Source: a virus. Taken from it: 64,000 bases of DNA. The notes beneath the pieces are model-generated. The model saw only the letters and a program-made list of their open reading frames with translations, made no database searches and was not told where the DNA came from. The stretch covers positions 1 to 64,000 of the IMG/VR virus record IMGVR_UViG_3300009703_000010. One strand, given 5' to 3'. The position numbers were made by a program, and so were the translations under genes. Positions 1 to 10,800 of this stretch are shown piece after piece (position 1 is the stretch's first letter; each line of letters starts with the position of its first letter).

Positions 1-119
1 AAGGCGATGATGGCGAAGGCGATGATGGCGAAGGCGATGATGGCGAAGGCGATGATGGCGAAGGCGATGATGGCGAAGGCGATGATGGCGAAGGCGATGA
101 TGGTTCAGATGGAACCAAA
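1..119 (+). repeat. 15-bp tandem repeat AAGGCGATGATGGCG, 7 full units plus a partial unit, cut by the window edge; in frame, encodes (GDDGE)n
   Basis: Direct reading of positions 1-119. The period is 15 nt, a multiple of 3, and the repeat is in the same frame as the ORF starting at 126. Confidence 0.95.
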
Positions 120-1064
120 GCCGACATGAGTGGCACCACCATGAGCGAATCGGACTTCGACAAAATGCTTGAAGACCTCGTTGAAACCGTCGAAGAGGTT
201 ATGGAGACCGAAGAGAAGTTCGAATCAGATCAAGAGGCGCGTGAAGAGCGCGAGACCTCCAGTAGTGGTGCTTACGCAGAAACCAACCTTGCAACCGGTA
301 ACTATCAGGCAGCGGTTAATATGGCTGCGAGAGAAGTGGGTGCAGCCCGAAACAGCAATTCTTACAATGGATGGGCGGCCATGCACAAGGGACAGGTTGG
401 CACCCTCGTCCGCCAAATGAAGCGCCTCATCGAAGCCCGCAAGCCGGGCAAGATCCAGCGCAACAAGCGAAAGGGATACCTCGACGAGCGCAAGTTGTGG
501 GTCAGTGGTAGCGACCGAATCTACAAAACCAAGCAAGCACCCAAGACAGCAAGGGTTGCAGTGCAGATAATTATCGACGCATCCGGAAGCATGGGTGGCA
601 CCCGAGAACTACGAGCGGCGGAGATGGCTACAGTCCTCAGCGAGATGCTTGAGGGACTCGGATGGGATTACGAGGTAGTCGATTTCCAAGGATTTGGTTC
701 AAATGCAAGCATTGCAGTCCGCAAGGGATTCGCCGATGGCCTCAACGAGGTCACCAAGTGTGCAATCGCCCGGAGCCGTCACGGTCAATGCACTCCTGCC
801 GGTGCAGCCGCCCATTGGTGCCGAGAGCGAATGGCCGCACACCCAGCAGAGAAGAAATTGGGAATGATGATCTTCGACGGCCAGCCTGATGACTCAGACA
901 ACCTCCACGATGCAATCAAGACGAGCGATGGTATGGAGTGGCTCGGGATTGGAATCGATGGATGCGATGTCGGTCCTTGGTTCGAGAACAACATCTCCTG
1001 CAATGCAAGCGAACTCGTTGAGGTCGGCATGGGAGTCTTGAAGCGTCTGATGAGGGGGCTTTGA
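1..1064 (+). CDS. von Willebrand factor A (vWA) domain protein, 5' partial, with an acidic GDDGE repeat
   Basis: The frame of ORF 126..1064 stays open back to position 3 through the repeat. It carries the MIDAS-like motif IIIDASGSMGG (DxSxS). Confidence 0.7.
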   Translation, partial: GDDGEGDDGEGDDGEGDDGEGDDGEGDDGEGDDGSDGTKADMSGTTMSESDFDKMLEDLVETVEEVMETEEKFESDQEAREERETSSSGAYAETNLATGNYQAAVNMAAREVGAARNSNSYNGWAAMHKGQVGTLVRQMKRLIEARKPGKIQRNKRKGYLDERKLWVSGSDRIYKTKQAPKTARVAVQIIIDASGSMGGTRELRAAEMATVLSEMLEGLGWDYEVVDFQGFGSNASIAVRKGFADGLNEVTKCAIARSRHGQCTPAGAAAHWCRERMAAHPAEKKLGMMIFDGQPDDSDNLHDAIKTSDGMEWLGIGIDGCDVGPWFENNISCNASELVEVGMGVLKRLMRGL

Positions 1065-1084
1065 GCAGGATGATTCGTTACGCG

Positions 1085-1185
1085 CGATTTAAGCCTGTTT
1101 CCCCCCTCAGTGGGACTCTAACCCCCCCTGACACATTTGCGGCCGTATACGTGCAGTATAGCCCCCCTTACGGGGCATTGCTGAA
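1085..1185 (+). repeat. dispersed intergenic repeat, copy E (core TGACAC at 1129-1134)
   Basis: It shares the blocks GATTTAAGCC, G-rich hairpin-CCCTGACA and GGCCGTATACG with copies at 41563, 30708, 50856, 39931 and 59486. Confidence 0.6.
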
Positions 1186-1191
1186 TCGGGG

Positions 1192-2619
1192 GTGGTTACC
1201 ATGAGCGATTGCTTTGGATCATACGAAGGAAGAACCCTGAGAGAGCGTGACCAACGAACCATCGAAGAGATGCAAGCAGCATCGGCTCCAATCACGGTTG
1301 TAACCCCTGCTGAACAATTCAAAGTAGGTCGTGGGAATCATACCCGCTCGCTCATGAATTGCCCCTCAGTCTTCGGCTACACACCATTCGCTTCTCAATA
1401 TGGATGGCCGGGTGCAGAAACCATCGACCCCTGTTGGCTCGATATTGTAATGGTAACTACAGGCACGGAACTTATCCCTATTGCCTCAGCAGGACTCACT
1501 CTTGATTGGATACATGGGACCGGTTGCTACAAAACCGAAGTCTCAGAGATAGATATCATTCAGAAATTACTCGGCAAGAAAATATGTTCTCATCTCCTTC
1601 GAGTAACCATCACCAACATTTGCGATGCGATCAACGAGGCTATCCGTTATGGTGAGCATATTGAAGTGAACACACGGGGTGCTTCAAGACCGACCAGTTA
1701 CTACAATCGTGTGAGCAACCTGCAACAGCGTCAGGGCGAACAATGGAATGGCGAGCGCATTCAAAACATTGGTATCACCCGCGTTGCACCAGTGTGGATA
1801 CACGAAGGCATACAGAAGCGAGATGGTCAGTATGAGTGGATTCTATTCCCTCGATTTGCTGCTACAATGCGCGACTGTATGAACCTCGTCGGCAATGGAG
1901 CCGCACCATGCCCCCTCATCGATATGAATACAGCAATCCCCACGCCCCGAGTCGGGCTCATTGGTATGCCGATAAAAGGCAAGTGCAGAGCAGGGTTACC
2001 CAACCAAAGTCACCACCCTCAGTTCGATATGAAGAACCAATACGGGTTGCTCATTGATGCGGGTTGCCGGATATTACAGCCCGAACCGGCATCAGCACGA
2101 TTGTCGAATCGAATGCATACGGTTGTCCTGCCAATGGAAAATCCAACCGTTTCTGAGGAGATGAAGAATGCACTTGGTATTACTATTCCACAGGGGACAC
2201 CCGGATTGTGGGCAACAGAAATCGAAGAGGGTTCAGGCTGGATACATTCACCATCTGAGTTCGATGGACTCCAACATCAGATCCAGAGTATCCGGCGGCA
2301 CGCAAATTGGGCGGCTGATTTTGAATCCAATGATTTAGGCATCCCAACCCCTTCAAATACACTGGACGGAGACGGAGATACGTCGGGGCGTGCAGAAGAA
2401 TGGATCGATACTTGGGCCGATACTCGGGGAATCAAGACTGTGGATCTTACGGAGCCCGGTCGACCGGGTTTCTATCACGAGTTCATTCGTTGCGACACCT
2501 GCAATGGCGAAGTCGAAATCCATTCCCCCTTAGATCATATTCCTCCCGAAACCGATTGCCCCCATTGCTCGACGGCTGGCGGCATTCAATGGATGGAGAA
2601 AACCGTGACTGGAGAGTGA
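1192..2619 (+). CDS. hypothetical protein with a C-terminal zinc ribbon (CDTCNG...CPHC)
   Basis: It is a 475-aa ORF with no competing frame and two CxxC pairs in the last 45 aa. Confidence 0.6.
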   Translation: MVTMSDCFGSYEGRTLRERDQRTIEEMQAASAPITVVTPAEQFKVGRGNHTRSLMNCPSVFGYTPFASQYGWPGAETIDPCWLDIVMVTTGTELIPIASAGLTLDWIHGTGCYKTEVSEIDIIQKLLGKKICSHLLRVTITNICDAINEAIRYGEHIEVNTRGASRPTSYYNRVSNLQQRQGEQWNGERIQNIGITRVAPVWIHEGIQKRDGQYEWILFPRFAATMRDCMNLVGNGAAPCPLIDMNTAIPTPRVGLIGMPIKGKCRAGLPNQSHHPQFDMKNQYGLLIDAGCRILQPEPASARLSNRMHTVVLPMENPTVSEEMKNALGITIPQGTPGLWATEIEEGSGWIHSPSEFDGLQHQIQSIRRHANWAADFESNDLGIPTPSNTLDGDGDTSGRAEEWIDTWADTRGIKTVDLTEPGRPGFYHEFIRCDTCNGEVEIHSPLDHIPPETDCPHCSTAGGIQWMEKTVTGE

Positions 2620-2625
2620 CTACAA

Positions 2626-3102
2626 ATGGCGAAAAGAATACCCAATGAACTGAAGAGAAGAATGCTACTCGCCCTGAGTAGAGCAACACACCCGATGCCC
2701 TCATCATACTATGCAGAAGTGTCGCACGCCCTATCCCCATCATGCCATCGTTCACCGGTGCAGATCACCATGATGCTGAAAACCATGCGCAGAGATATTC
2801 CTGAAATTGAATCGGTTGATCTCTCCAAGAACGGGATTTCAGCAACCGGTGCTCAAAGAACTCGCAAAGGTTGGTATGCGCCAGCACTATGTCTCGATGA
2901 TGATATTGATATCATCCTCCCTGACTCAAAGCCTTCGCTGAAAAAGGTCAGCGTGAACCTCCCCCCCGATTGCGTTGAGTGGCTCGAGAACCTCAAAGGC
3001 ACAACCGGTATGTCTCCGGGCAAAGTCTTCATCGACTTCTTGAGAGCCGATATGGAAGCAAATCCACCCTCCGATGAGGGGGGTATCCCGGAAGACGCTT
3101 GA
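2626..3102 (+). CDS. putative DNA-binding regulator with a ribbon-helix-helix-like C-terminal segment
   Basis: It is a 158-aa ORF starting 7 nt after the previous stop. The segment VSVNLPPDCVEWLENLKGTTGMSPGKVFIDFL resembles a CopG-type RHH. Confidence 0.45.
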   Translation: MAKRIPNELKRRMLLALSRATHPMPSSYYAEVSHALSPSCHRSPVQITMMLKTMRRDIPEIESVDLSKNGISATGAQRTRKGWYAPALCLDDDIDIILPDSKPSLKKVSVNLPPDCVEWLENLKGTTGMSPGKVFIDFLRADMEANPPSDEGGIPEDA

Positions 3103-3106
3103 AATA

Positions 3107-3150
3107 GGCCGTTTAAGCCGCCCCTGCTGCGTGGATGGCGTTGGATGGGG
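3107..3150 (+). repeat. dispersed intergenic repeat, partial copy H
   Basis: GGCCGTTTAAGCCGCCCCTGCTGCG matches the left arm of copies A (GCCCGTTTAAGCGGCC) and B (GCCCCCTGCTGCG). Confidence 0.45.
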
Positions 3151-3153
3151 CAA

Positions 3154-4998
3154 TCATAAGGTAACGCCCATTGCGAAGCGCAGCGAACCGATCAACGATG
3201 GTGCAGGGCGACCCACCGTAAGAGACATATCGACACGGCGGGGCATCCAAGTCCACCCCACTGAATAGATGCGTTGCTTGCCGGTTATTCCCGATCCTTC
3301 GAATGCATAGAACACCATCGCATCACCCGGTGCAATGTCAAATCTCTCAGGACGTCCTTGGATCTCATATCGCTCTCCTCCTCTACCCTGTTGCGTGACG
3401 TGCTGTTCGGCAAGGAACTCAGCAATCTCTGTGGTCGTTGCGGCACTATCATCGAAGACACGATGGACCGGAGACGCTGGATATTCAATCGAACCGGATG
3501 TGGGGAATGTTGCGGTGATTGCAAGATCAGAGTTCTTCACCGTCGCCACATTGAATGCCTCAAATGAACCTGAACTAAGAACTATTGAACTCGGCCAAAA
3601 GTCTCGTGTCTTGCCGAGATTCACTACTCCATTGAGAGGCAGGTCACTGCGGCCGCCGATATGGGGATTTGAAACCGACTCTGGATCTTCCATTGTAGTG
3701 AGAGTGACTTGCCCGTGTTGATCACAACCAATTGTTATCTCGCGGGGACTGTTGTTGATGTAATCGAGAACGGTTTGCAGCGCAGCCAGCAAAGTCTTGC
3801 CTGTGAGGTCTACGTCAGCAGGGAATGTGACTCGTGATTTCGAGAGCATGCGGCCGACCGGTATCGGGTAACTTGACTCACCAACCAATTGCCGTATCAC
3901 TTGTGCTGCATCAACCCGGATGTAATTCGGCTGAGTAAGCACGGGTTCAAGGCTGAGGTATCCAAGCGTATCCAAGCAAGTGAGGGTAATGGAGTCGCTC
4001 TCTGAGATGGCTGAAATGAACCCCGTGAAAATGAGTGGGGGATTGGCTGCTGAACGAGGCGAACAATACACCTGAACCGTATCAAATTGTTTGAATGAAC
4101 CTGATCTCTTGCCTCGTGGATTATTGATTTCAATGCTTAATTCAGTAGGCGTATTGAGTTCACGTCTGCAAGTGATACCAACAACACCATTGAGATTCTC
4201 CATGCCGTTAACAACAACCGTTGGTGCTCGTGGGGTTGCGATGGAGGTGCTGACTTGCCCGTAAACATTACGGTGCATCACTTGCCGGGATCGCGCGAAG
4301 AATGCTTTGTGAGCCCATCCATTACGAAGCCCCGTCAATCGCATTCTTCGAGGTCTATTGGAGTATTGAATGCCCTCAGGATTCCAACCACCGTTCGTGT
4401 AGCCCAAGCGACCGAGATTGAAAGTTGGTGTTGCCAATACCGATGTCGGATAGTTCCCTTCGGTCGGTCCGGTGGTCATGGCGAACCCACCACGATTCCC
4501 CCCACCCCTTCGAGTGATGATGTCATATTTGTCCATCCACGCCGATCCATCCCGATACAAATAGCCGAATCCAACCGCAGCGGACGCTGATGTATCGGTT
4601 GCCTGTGGGTCAAATGGTCGAGGGATATTCAGTGAGGTATACGCCCATGTGCGAGTGTAATCAACATGCCAAGTGGCCCACGGCAATTCATCCGCACGGG
4701 GAATCCGACTCAGTCCCCAATACGACGGATACCCCGCCGGCTTGACCCATGTTTCAACCTCTGAGGGCCGTCCAAGTGAATGAACCCAACCATCGGAGTT
4801 GATCTGATCACGCCACTTCGCCTCAATTGCTCGACGGTAATGTGTCGATGCAAGACGACCAACCGCCCTCTTCGGGATCCGCCGGTCATGCCCGTAGCCC
4901 TCATAGAACTCGAGTAACCGCGTCGGCGGGATGATCGCTCCGTCGATTGGGGTTCGAGTGATCAGCATGAACCGCTCGATGCTGTCACGATTGCTCAT
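3154..4998 (-). CDS. tail-tip/baseplate-associated structural protein (last gene of the tail operon)
   Basis: ORF 3154..5055 is trimmed to the Met at 4998, whose ATG overlaps the stop of the upstream gene (ATGA). No catalytic motif was recognised. Confidence 0.6.
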   Translation of the reverse strand: MSNRDSIERFMLITRTPIDGAIIPPTRLLEFYEGYGHDRRIPKRAVGRLASTHYRRAIEAKWRDQINSDGWVHSLGRPSEVETWVKPAGYPSYWGLSRIPRADELPWATWHVDYTRTWAYTSLNIPRPFDPQATDTSASAAVGFGYLYRDGSAWMDKYDIITRRGGGNRGGFAMTTGPTEGNYPTSVLATPTFNLGRLGYTNGGWNPEGIQYSNRPRRMRLTGLRNGWAHKAFFARSRQVMHRNVYGQVSTSIATPRAPTVVVNGMENLNGVVGITCRRELNTPTELSIEINNPRGKRSGSFKQFDTVQVYCSPRSAANPPLIFTGFISAISESDSITLTCLDTLGYLSLEPVLTQPNYIRVDAAQVIRQLVGESSYPIPVGRMLSKSRVTFPADVDLTGKTLLAALQTVLDYINNSPREITIGCDQHGQVTLTTMEDPESVSNPHIGGRSDLPLNGVVNLGKTRDFWPSSIVLSSGSFEAFNVATVKNSDLAITATFPTSGSIEYPASPVHRVFDDSAATTTEIAEFLAEQHVTQQGRGGERYEIQGRPERFDIAPGDAMVFYAFEGSGITGKQRIYSVGWTWMPRRVDMSLTVGRPAPSLIGSLRFAMGVTL

Positions 4999-7859
4999 GG
5001 CCCATCCACCACCGGATAACCCGGAACCCCTCTTCGGTGTTCCGCTGACATCCATCCATCCGTGCCGGGTTCGGCAGGAGTGCCATCAGGATGTCCATGA
5101 GGCCAATACACCCGACTCCCTTCATGAGGAGTGCTAATCCATGAACGCTCATTTGTAATCCATGCGAGATCCAAATATGAAGAATCGTAACCATGAAATC
5201 TCTGCCCTCGTAATTGTGGTGCGGTATGCAAGAAGTCTTCATGCCCGGCGATGGTATCCGATTGCCCGACCGGAACAAAGAATCCTGTGATAGGATTGAA
5301 TGTCATGCCCGGCGAACTCAGCCACCTGAAGTTCATGCTTCGAATCACCCATTCACCTGAACCGGGTGTGCTATATTCATGCGCTGGCCACCACATTTCA
5401 AACAGGTGTGAGATCGCATTTGTGTTGAATGGACCCGACCATCCCGGCCACCCATACACTTCAGCCGCAAGTGTTGATGTATGTTCACCGGACCCGCCTT
5501 CATCCGAATCGGATGTTGCTGCGACCCCCCCTGTGTCTTGATCTCCTGCCTTGACGCCGGGCATCTGCAGTGGATACGGCGCGTGCTCTGTTGTATTTGG
5601 TGCTACATTCCTGAGCGCAGGCGATCCAACCATCATATCCGCACCACCCGTTCCCTGAACAACACTCGTTGCTTGATCATAGCGAGAGCACATCACAACA
5701 TGGATGTTACCCTTGCCGTCGGTAGTGATTGTTGGCGAATGCAATTTAGCATCCAATCCGAGATTCGGGGCTGCAACCCCACCAGCATGAAACAGTGTTG
5801 TTGAAAGCCCAAGACCGGAAGTGGTTGAGTATTGAGAAGTGAGTGATAGTCGGGTATCGAAAGTGGTGATCCGAGTAAGGTATGGCTTCGGTTCACCGAC
5901 ACCATTGATAGTGCCTGAAGTATCCCCTGTTGAGAGATGAACAACCCATGCAATATCACGTTCGTCAATGATCACATCGTAGGCGGCCACACCATCATCG
6001 ATGTGTCCACTCAAAGTCGCTCCTCCGCCAGCAGGAGGTAAACCACCAGCCATGTAAGACCCCTGTTCATCGAAGTAGTAGAGCCCGGTTGTCCCAGCGC
6101 GATTCTTTCCGACGTTGGCATACACAGCAGGCATCCGGCGACTTGCATCACCATTCCATGAATGCGCACCCCTGAAGAACACAACCGGGACATTGTCTCC
6201 ACGTAGCACTAACTTCGGTTTGTCGGCTCCGGGTGTGGGGAATGGTGCGGTTGAATCATTGGTGTCTGTTGACGCATAACTCACCACCTGATAGCGTGGT
6301 GTTGCTCGAACAGAAACCGTTGCATCCCATGCAGCCCAATTCTCATCATCGCGCTTCTGTGTGTAGTAGACGCGGCTTGAGATCCCGCCCGTGTTGTTAT
6401 CATCGGTAGCGATGAATGTGAGATGCAGGGTATCATTAGAGTCGCATATCAGTGACGGTTCACGGAAGTCTTCTCCAAAGGTGATCTCTGTTCCGGTTCC
6501 TGATCCGAGAATCCGAGTTGCTGCTTCAAGATCCCATCGCCAGTCGTAGACGGGTTCAGGATTAGCCGATTGGAGGTCTCGAACTGCTTTGTGGTAGTAG
6601 AGAGAATGACCATCGTTGGTGCTGTCGCATACCTCAATTATCGCATGGATTGTGCCGATTGAATCGGCAGCGAATGCAGCACCATGAATCCTCAATTGAG
6701 GAATGGTTCCTGCAATGATCAATGGTGAGATATCAGGGCCGACTTCATCCTTGCCTGACCACGTTGGAGGTGAGCCGCCGAAGGCGTTGTCTTTATGTTC
6801 TCGAGATGACCAAAACAAATCACCGAAGAGGGGTTTTTTGTGGTGAACCCATGAGGGGTAACAATTGGCACCTTGATTCTGAGTGGCTGAACGCTGGAGC
6901 ACGAACTGATGTAGAGTCCCATCATTGGTTCGAATAATTCTCTGTCCGAGCCCGAGCCCATGACCAGTGTTCACAAATCCACCTGCGGAACTCCAAGGCA
7001 CCCTCTCGGGCGGTGGTTGGTATGCCCCATCACCCTCAGTATAGAATGCCCCCATTTGTGCTTCAATTCTCCCGCCTTGATCGGTGTCACGAAGCCCGAT
7101 GCCAAGAGCAGAAACAATCGACCCACTATCCCACACCGGCTTCACGGCCTTATTGAGATGCACGTCAACCGATGATTGGAGTTGCTCAGAGTTGGCGATC
7201 CAATCCAACGGATGAGTTGTGTCTGCCCGACCGAGATAGACATCACCATAGACGCCGCCGTAGTCATTTCCAATATCTATCGGAACCGCACCTGCATGAA
7301 AGTGATCTGTCGGGTGGTCATCCCACCACCAATACGGTTCCCACCGCTGTGAAGCACCAGTGAAGACACCCTGTTCGACTGCCGGACCATGTAGACCCTT
7401 ATCGCCATCATGGACGTTGCTAATATCATCAACACCGGCAGCAGCGTGTAATGAAGCATCCTTCGACCACAGATTAGAGCGCAAAAACCATTGACCAAGA
7501 ATGTCGCCAGTAGGAGAAGCATCACCGGTGGTTTCGAATCCGAGACCCGCTTGCTCAAGAGACCATTCAATCCCTCTAAGGTGGCTACGATCAGTTCGGT
7601 GAAATGGGGTCTCGAGTTCAATATCAAGCCCCCCTTTCGGTCCAGATCGCGCACGAACATTAACAGAGCCCGGAGCCAATTCATGTAACGGGATATCATA
7701 CCCGAGACCGGCGTGTGTTTGTTTCCATTGACGATCTGTTCTGAATGGGTGGCTCGAAGAAGACATCCCGTAGTGTATCGGCCCCTGATAGGACATCCCG
7801 ATTTGACCGCCATGAAGGGTTGAGGGGACGGCTGAACTGAAGTCTCTTTCTAATGCCAT
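4995..7859 (-). CDS. tail fibre/tip protein, possibly a beta-propeller with BNR/Asp-box-like strings
   Basis: It is 954 aa and Gly/Thr/Trp-rich. Strings such as RTNDGTLHQF and TTDGKGNIHV recur, and it lies inside the tail-tip gene block. Confidence 0.6.
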   Translation of the reverse strand: MALERDFSSAVPSTLHGGQIGMSYQGPIHYGMSSSSHPFRTDRQWKQTHAGLGYDIPLHELAPGSVNVRARSGPKGGLDIELETPFHRTDRSHLRGIEWSLEQAGLGFETTGDASPTGDILGQWFLRSNLWSKDASLHAAAGVDDISNVHDGDKGLHGPAVEQGVFTGASQRWEPYWWWDDHPTDHFHAGAVPIDIGNDYGGVYGDVYLGRADTTHPLDWIANSEQLQSSVDVHLNKAVKPVWDSGSIVSALGIGLRDTDQGGRIEAQMGAFYTEGDGAYQPPPERVPWSSAGGFVNTGHGLGLGQRIIRTNDGTLHQFVLQRSATQNQGANCYPSWVHHKKPLFGDLFWSSREHKDNAFGGSPPTWSGKDEVGPDISPLIIAGTIPQLRIHGAAFAADSIGTIHAIIEVCDSTNDGHSLYYHKAVRDLQSANPEPVYDWRWDLEAATRILGSGTGTEITFGEDFREPSLICDSNDTLHLTFIATDDNNTGGISSRVYYTQKRDDENWAAWDATVSVRATPRYQVVSYASTDTNDSTAPFPTPGADKPKLVLRGDNVPVVFFRGAHSWNGDASRRMPAVYANVGKNRAGTTGLYYFDEQGSYMAGGLPPAGGGATLSGHIDDGVAAYDVIIDERDIAWVVHLSTGDTSGTINGVGEPKPYLTRITTFDTRLSLTSQYSTTSGLGLSTTLFHAGGVAAPNLGLDAKLHSPTITTDGKGNIHVVMCSRYDQATSVVQGTGGADMMVGSPALRNVAPNTTEHAPYPLQMPGVKAGDQDTGGVAATSDSDEGGSGEHTSTLAAEVYGWPGWSGPFNTNAISHLFEMWWPAHEYSTPGSGEWVIRSMNFRWLSSPGMTFNPITGFFVPVGQSDTIAGHEDFLHTAPQLRGQRFHGYDSSYLDLAWITNERSWISTPHEGSRVYWPHGHPDGTPAEPGTDGWMSAEHRRGVPGYPVVDGP

Positions 7860-7863
7860 GCGA

Positions 7864-10800
7864 TCACGGTCCGGGTGGGGTTACGGTGAATCCTTGCGGA
7901 TCCACGAGATTGTTCGGTTGGAGGAAGAATGGCTCGACGATATGACACTCACGATCAATGCCGGATGCGGCACTCATATCGAGAACAATTGAGAGGTTTT
8001 TGTCTATCATAATTCCCGGCGTCAGGGTTGTTGGTATTTGGATTCTCCACCCCTCTACCACATTCGATCCATATGTCAGAAGGTCGAGGAATGGTGATTC
8101 GGGGTTAGTCTGCATCCACGCACTAATCTCCGCGATGCCGCTGATGAGATGTGGAGTCACGGCCACGTAGACATTATCCTTGATGATTCCAATAATCGTC
8201 CCACTCTTTCCGGATGCAACATTCGCAGGCCACCGACAGGATTGTCCAAAGTCATATGTGAGCAAGAGGCTTTGTTGCATATCCACATCGGCCATCGAAA
8301 ACATACCTGTGTTAGGAGACCATGACCATTGCCAGTGCAATCCCATGCTCCCCGACATCCCCGAAAGGATTTGTTGTTCTGCACTCGCTCCTTCAGCAGG
8401 AAAGGCAGTTCCAGCCGTCGACCACATTGGGTCAATCAGATCAGCAGGGAGACTCCATGCAGACCATCCTTTGTGGCCCCAAGGTCGAGCACCGGAGATA
8501 AAATCGGTGAACCCATACACTGTCGGATGCCAATACTGAGTCGCAACCCAATTCTGTTGAATCCCCCACCATGAATTGAGATGTCCGAGATGAGCCGGCC
8601 ACACCGTTTCAGGCACGGTTGTAGTCGCATAGTCCGTGCCCGTATTTGTGTGCAGTCCATAGAGGTGACCCGCCGTATGAACCGCTGACCTATTTGTGGG
8701 TTGAAGGAGCGGCAAGCCATGCTTGAGTTCTCCCGCCGGTGTGATCCACGGCAGTGATCTCGGCAACGTTACATGACTCAAACGGACCTCCGGGTAGACG
8801 CCATAATTGCAGGGAATCGCTCGCTGACCGGATTCGGGATACCAATAGGCAATTTGTGCACCACTCCACCATGTGTCGGGTAAATTGAACACTTGACTCC
8901 AAACCCATCCGCCTGCGTGATCGGATGCCCACTTTCCACTGAAGTCACGCCGCCCCTGTGTTACCTTACCATTCTGCGCCAATGTGTCTGTCCATAGCAG
9001 AACCAACGATCGTGCAGATGACCCGGTCACCAATTTGCTCCAAGTCGGCCATTGTCCGTAAACTGTAGATCCAGTATTGCTCGGTGCACTTGCTGTTGGG
9101 GGAGATACCGGTGTAGCCCATGCAGAGCCACTGATTCCCCACGTAGCGTCTGCGTCCAAATAAGTGCCGGGATCAGGAGCGACGTTTGTAGACGTCATTG
9201 CTACGCACGCTGAACCATCATAGTAGTAACCCGGTGGACATCGGGGATATGCATTATCCGGGTCAAATGGGTAACCGATGGTCCCGTCAGGATATTGATC
9301 TGTGGAGGAGATGGTGTCCCGGTGAACAGCCGCCATAAGCAATTTACCATCCTCCATGATTCGGAGAGCACCGCATGAAATGGTTGGATAGGTTGAAGGC
9401 GATCCTTTGCTATCCGCACCGAGATACCGCATCAATTCAACACGGGGGAATACCCAATCATGTAAGTCCCAAGCACGACCCGAAGTGCTCTCGGTTTTTA
9501 TGTCGGTCTCGGAACGCCAATGAAAGCCCCCACTATGCGATGTATGGCGATCGTTGTGCAGTTGTTGGTCGAAAGCCCCCGAGAGGTAACTCGCTGCGTT
9601 ACCGGCTGTCAAACGGGTGAGTATGGGGTTGTCTGTGGGGGTTGTATGCACCTTGCCGGGATGATCTGGATCTTGCGTGTAATTGTAGCGGAAAACCATC
9701 AGTTCATGGCCCGGTGGAATCTCAGGTGTGGTTATATCATTCCAAGTCTGTCCAAACTTCCAAACATTGCCGAACCATTGCTTCCCGGTTGTTGGATCAA
9801 CAGTCGGAACCCCGCCACCAATATCATCGCTGTAACGGAGATTCGCCGCCACAAAGAGTTCATCGCCGAAGACATCCGCATCCCATAGGTGCTCGATTCC
9901 ACCTCGCTGATACATTCCACCCGGTTCAACAATCCCACTGAAACGAGGAACATTTGTCCACTCTTGATTACGAATTGGACGGAATGGAGTAACCTGATGC
10001 AAACCCCATCCTTGCTGAGACGAATTGGACTTTGCGTAATCATGTCGAGGAACGACTTGATCGTATCCCATTTGCATGAACCATTCTGGATCGGTGAACG
10101 ATGGATTTCCAAAATCACCAGCGACTTCAACGCCATGAACCACTTGATCAAGCGCATCAGGATATATCCGGAAAATGGCGTGCATGATTACAGCATCACG
10201 GCCATTGGTGTTTGTGTCCTGATGGAGTTCAGTATATTCAGGAGCGTTGCGAGTAGACACGTCATCAACGACTTCTCCGGTGATAGTCCCGGTTGCTTCA
10301 CAGAGAGAAACCAAAACATGGTAATCAACAATCGGTCGCTTGACTACAATCGACGAAGCGGCGGCAGGATGAGCCGCATCGGTTTTAGTGTAGCGACCTG
10401 TTTTGTGGGATCCGGGCGCTACCGTTTCTTCTGTGTATCCAATCACTTGAGGGATTACCCGAACCCGTGTTGGCATGTAATCCGCCATCCATCGAGTTCC
10501 GACTCGTTCGGTGCCAACAGTTGCAGATGTCCCGATGTATGTATTGGCCGAACCAAAGGCTGCCGGCAATGCGGCAGTATCGCCGATGATATATTGAGTG
10601 CAATTAGTGCTGATGGTGGTCTCCACATCACCCTCAGGAGTGGTGCAGACTTTGGTTTCATCCGCAGCGATGGTCGCCATCCGATCAAGTCCCGTTCGAC
10701 CAATGAAGAATGTAGTCGCATTCGAATCTCCTCCCCCCGTATCTGCAGTTAATCCAATTGCCCCTGCATGATCTTTCATCGACCCGGTTGTCTTCATGCA

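Noticed and set aside
1-119. The regular 15-bp repeat array at the window start might be a CRISPR array.
   Set aside because: The units are contiguous with no spacers. The period is a multiple of three and in frame with the downstream vWA ORF, so this is a coding tandem repeat.
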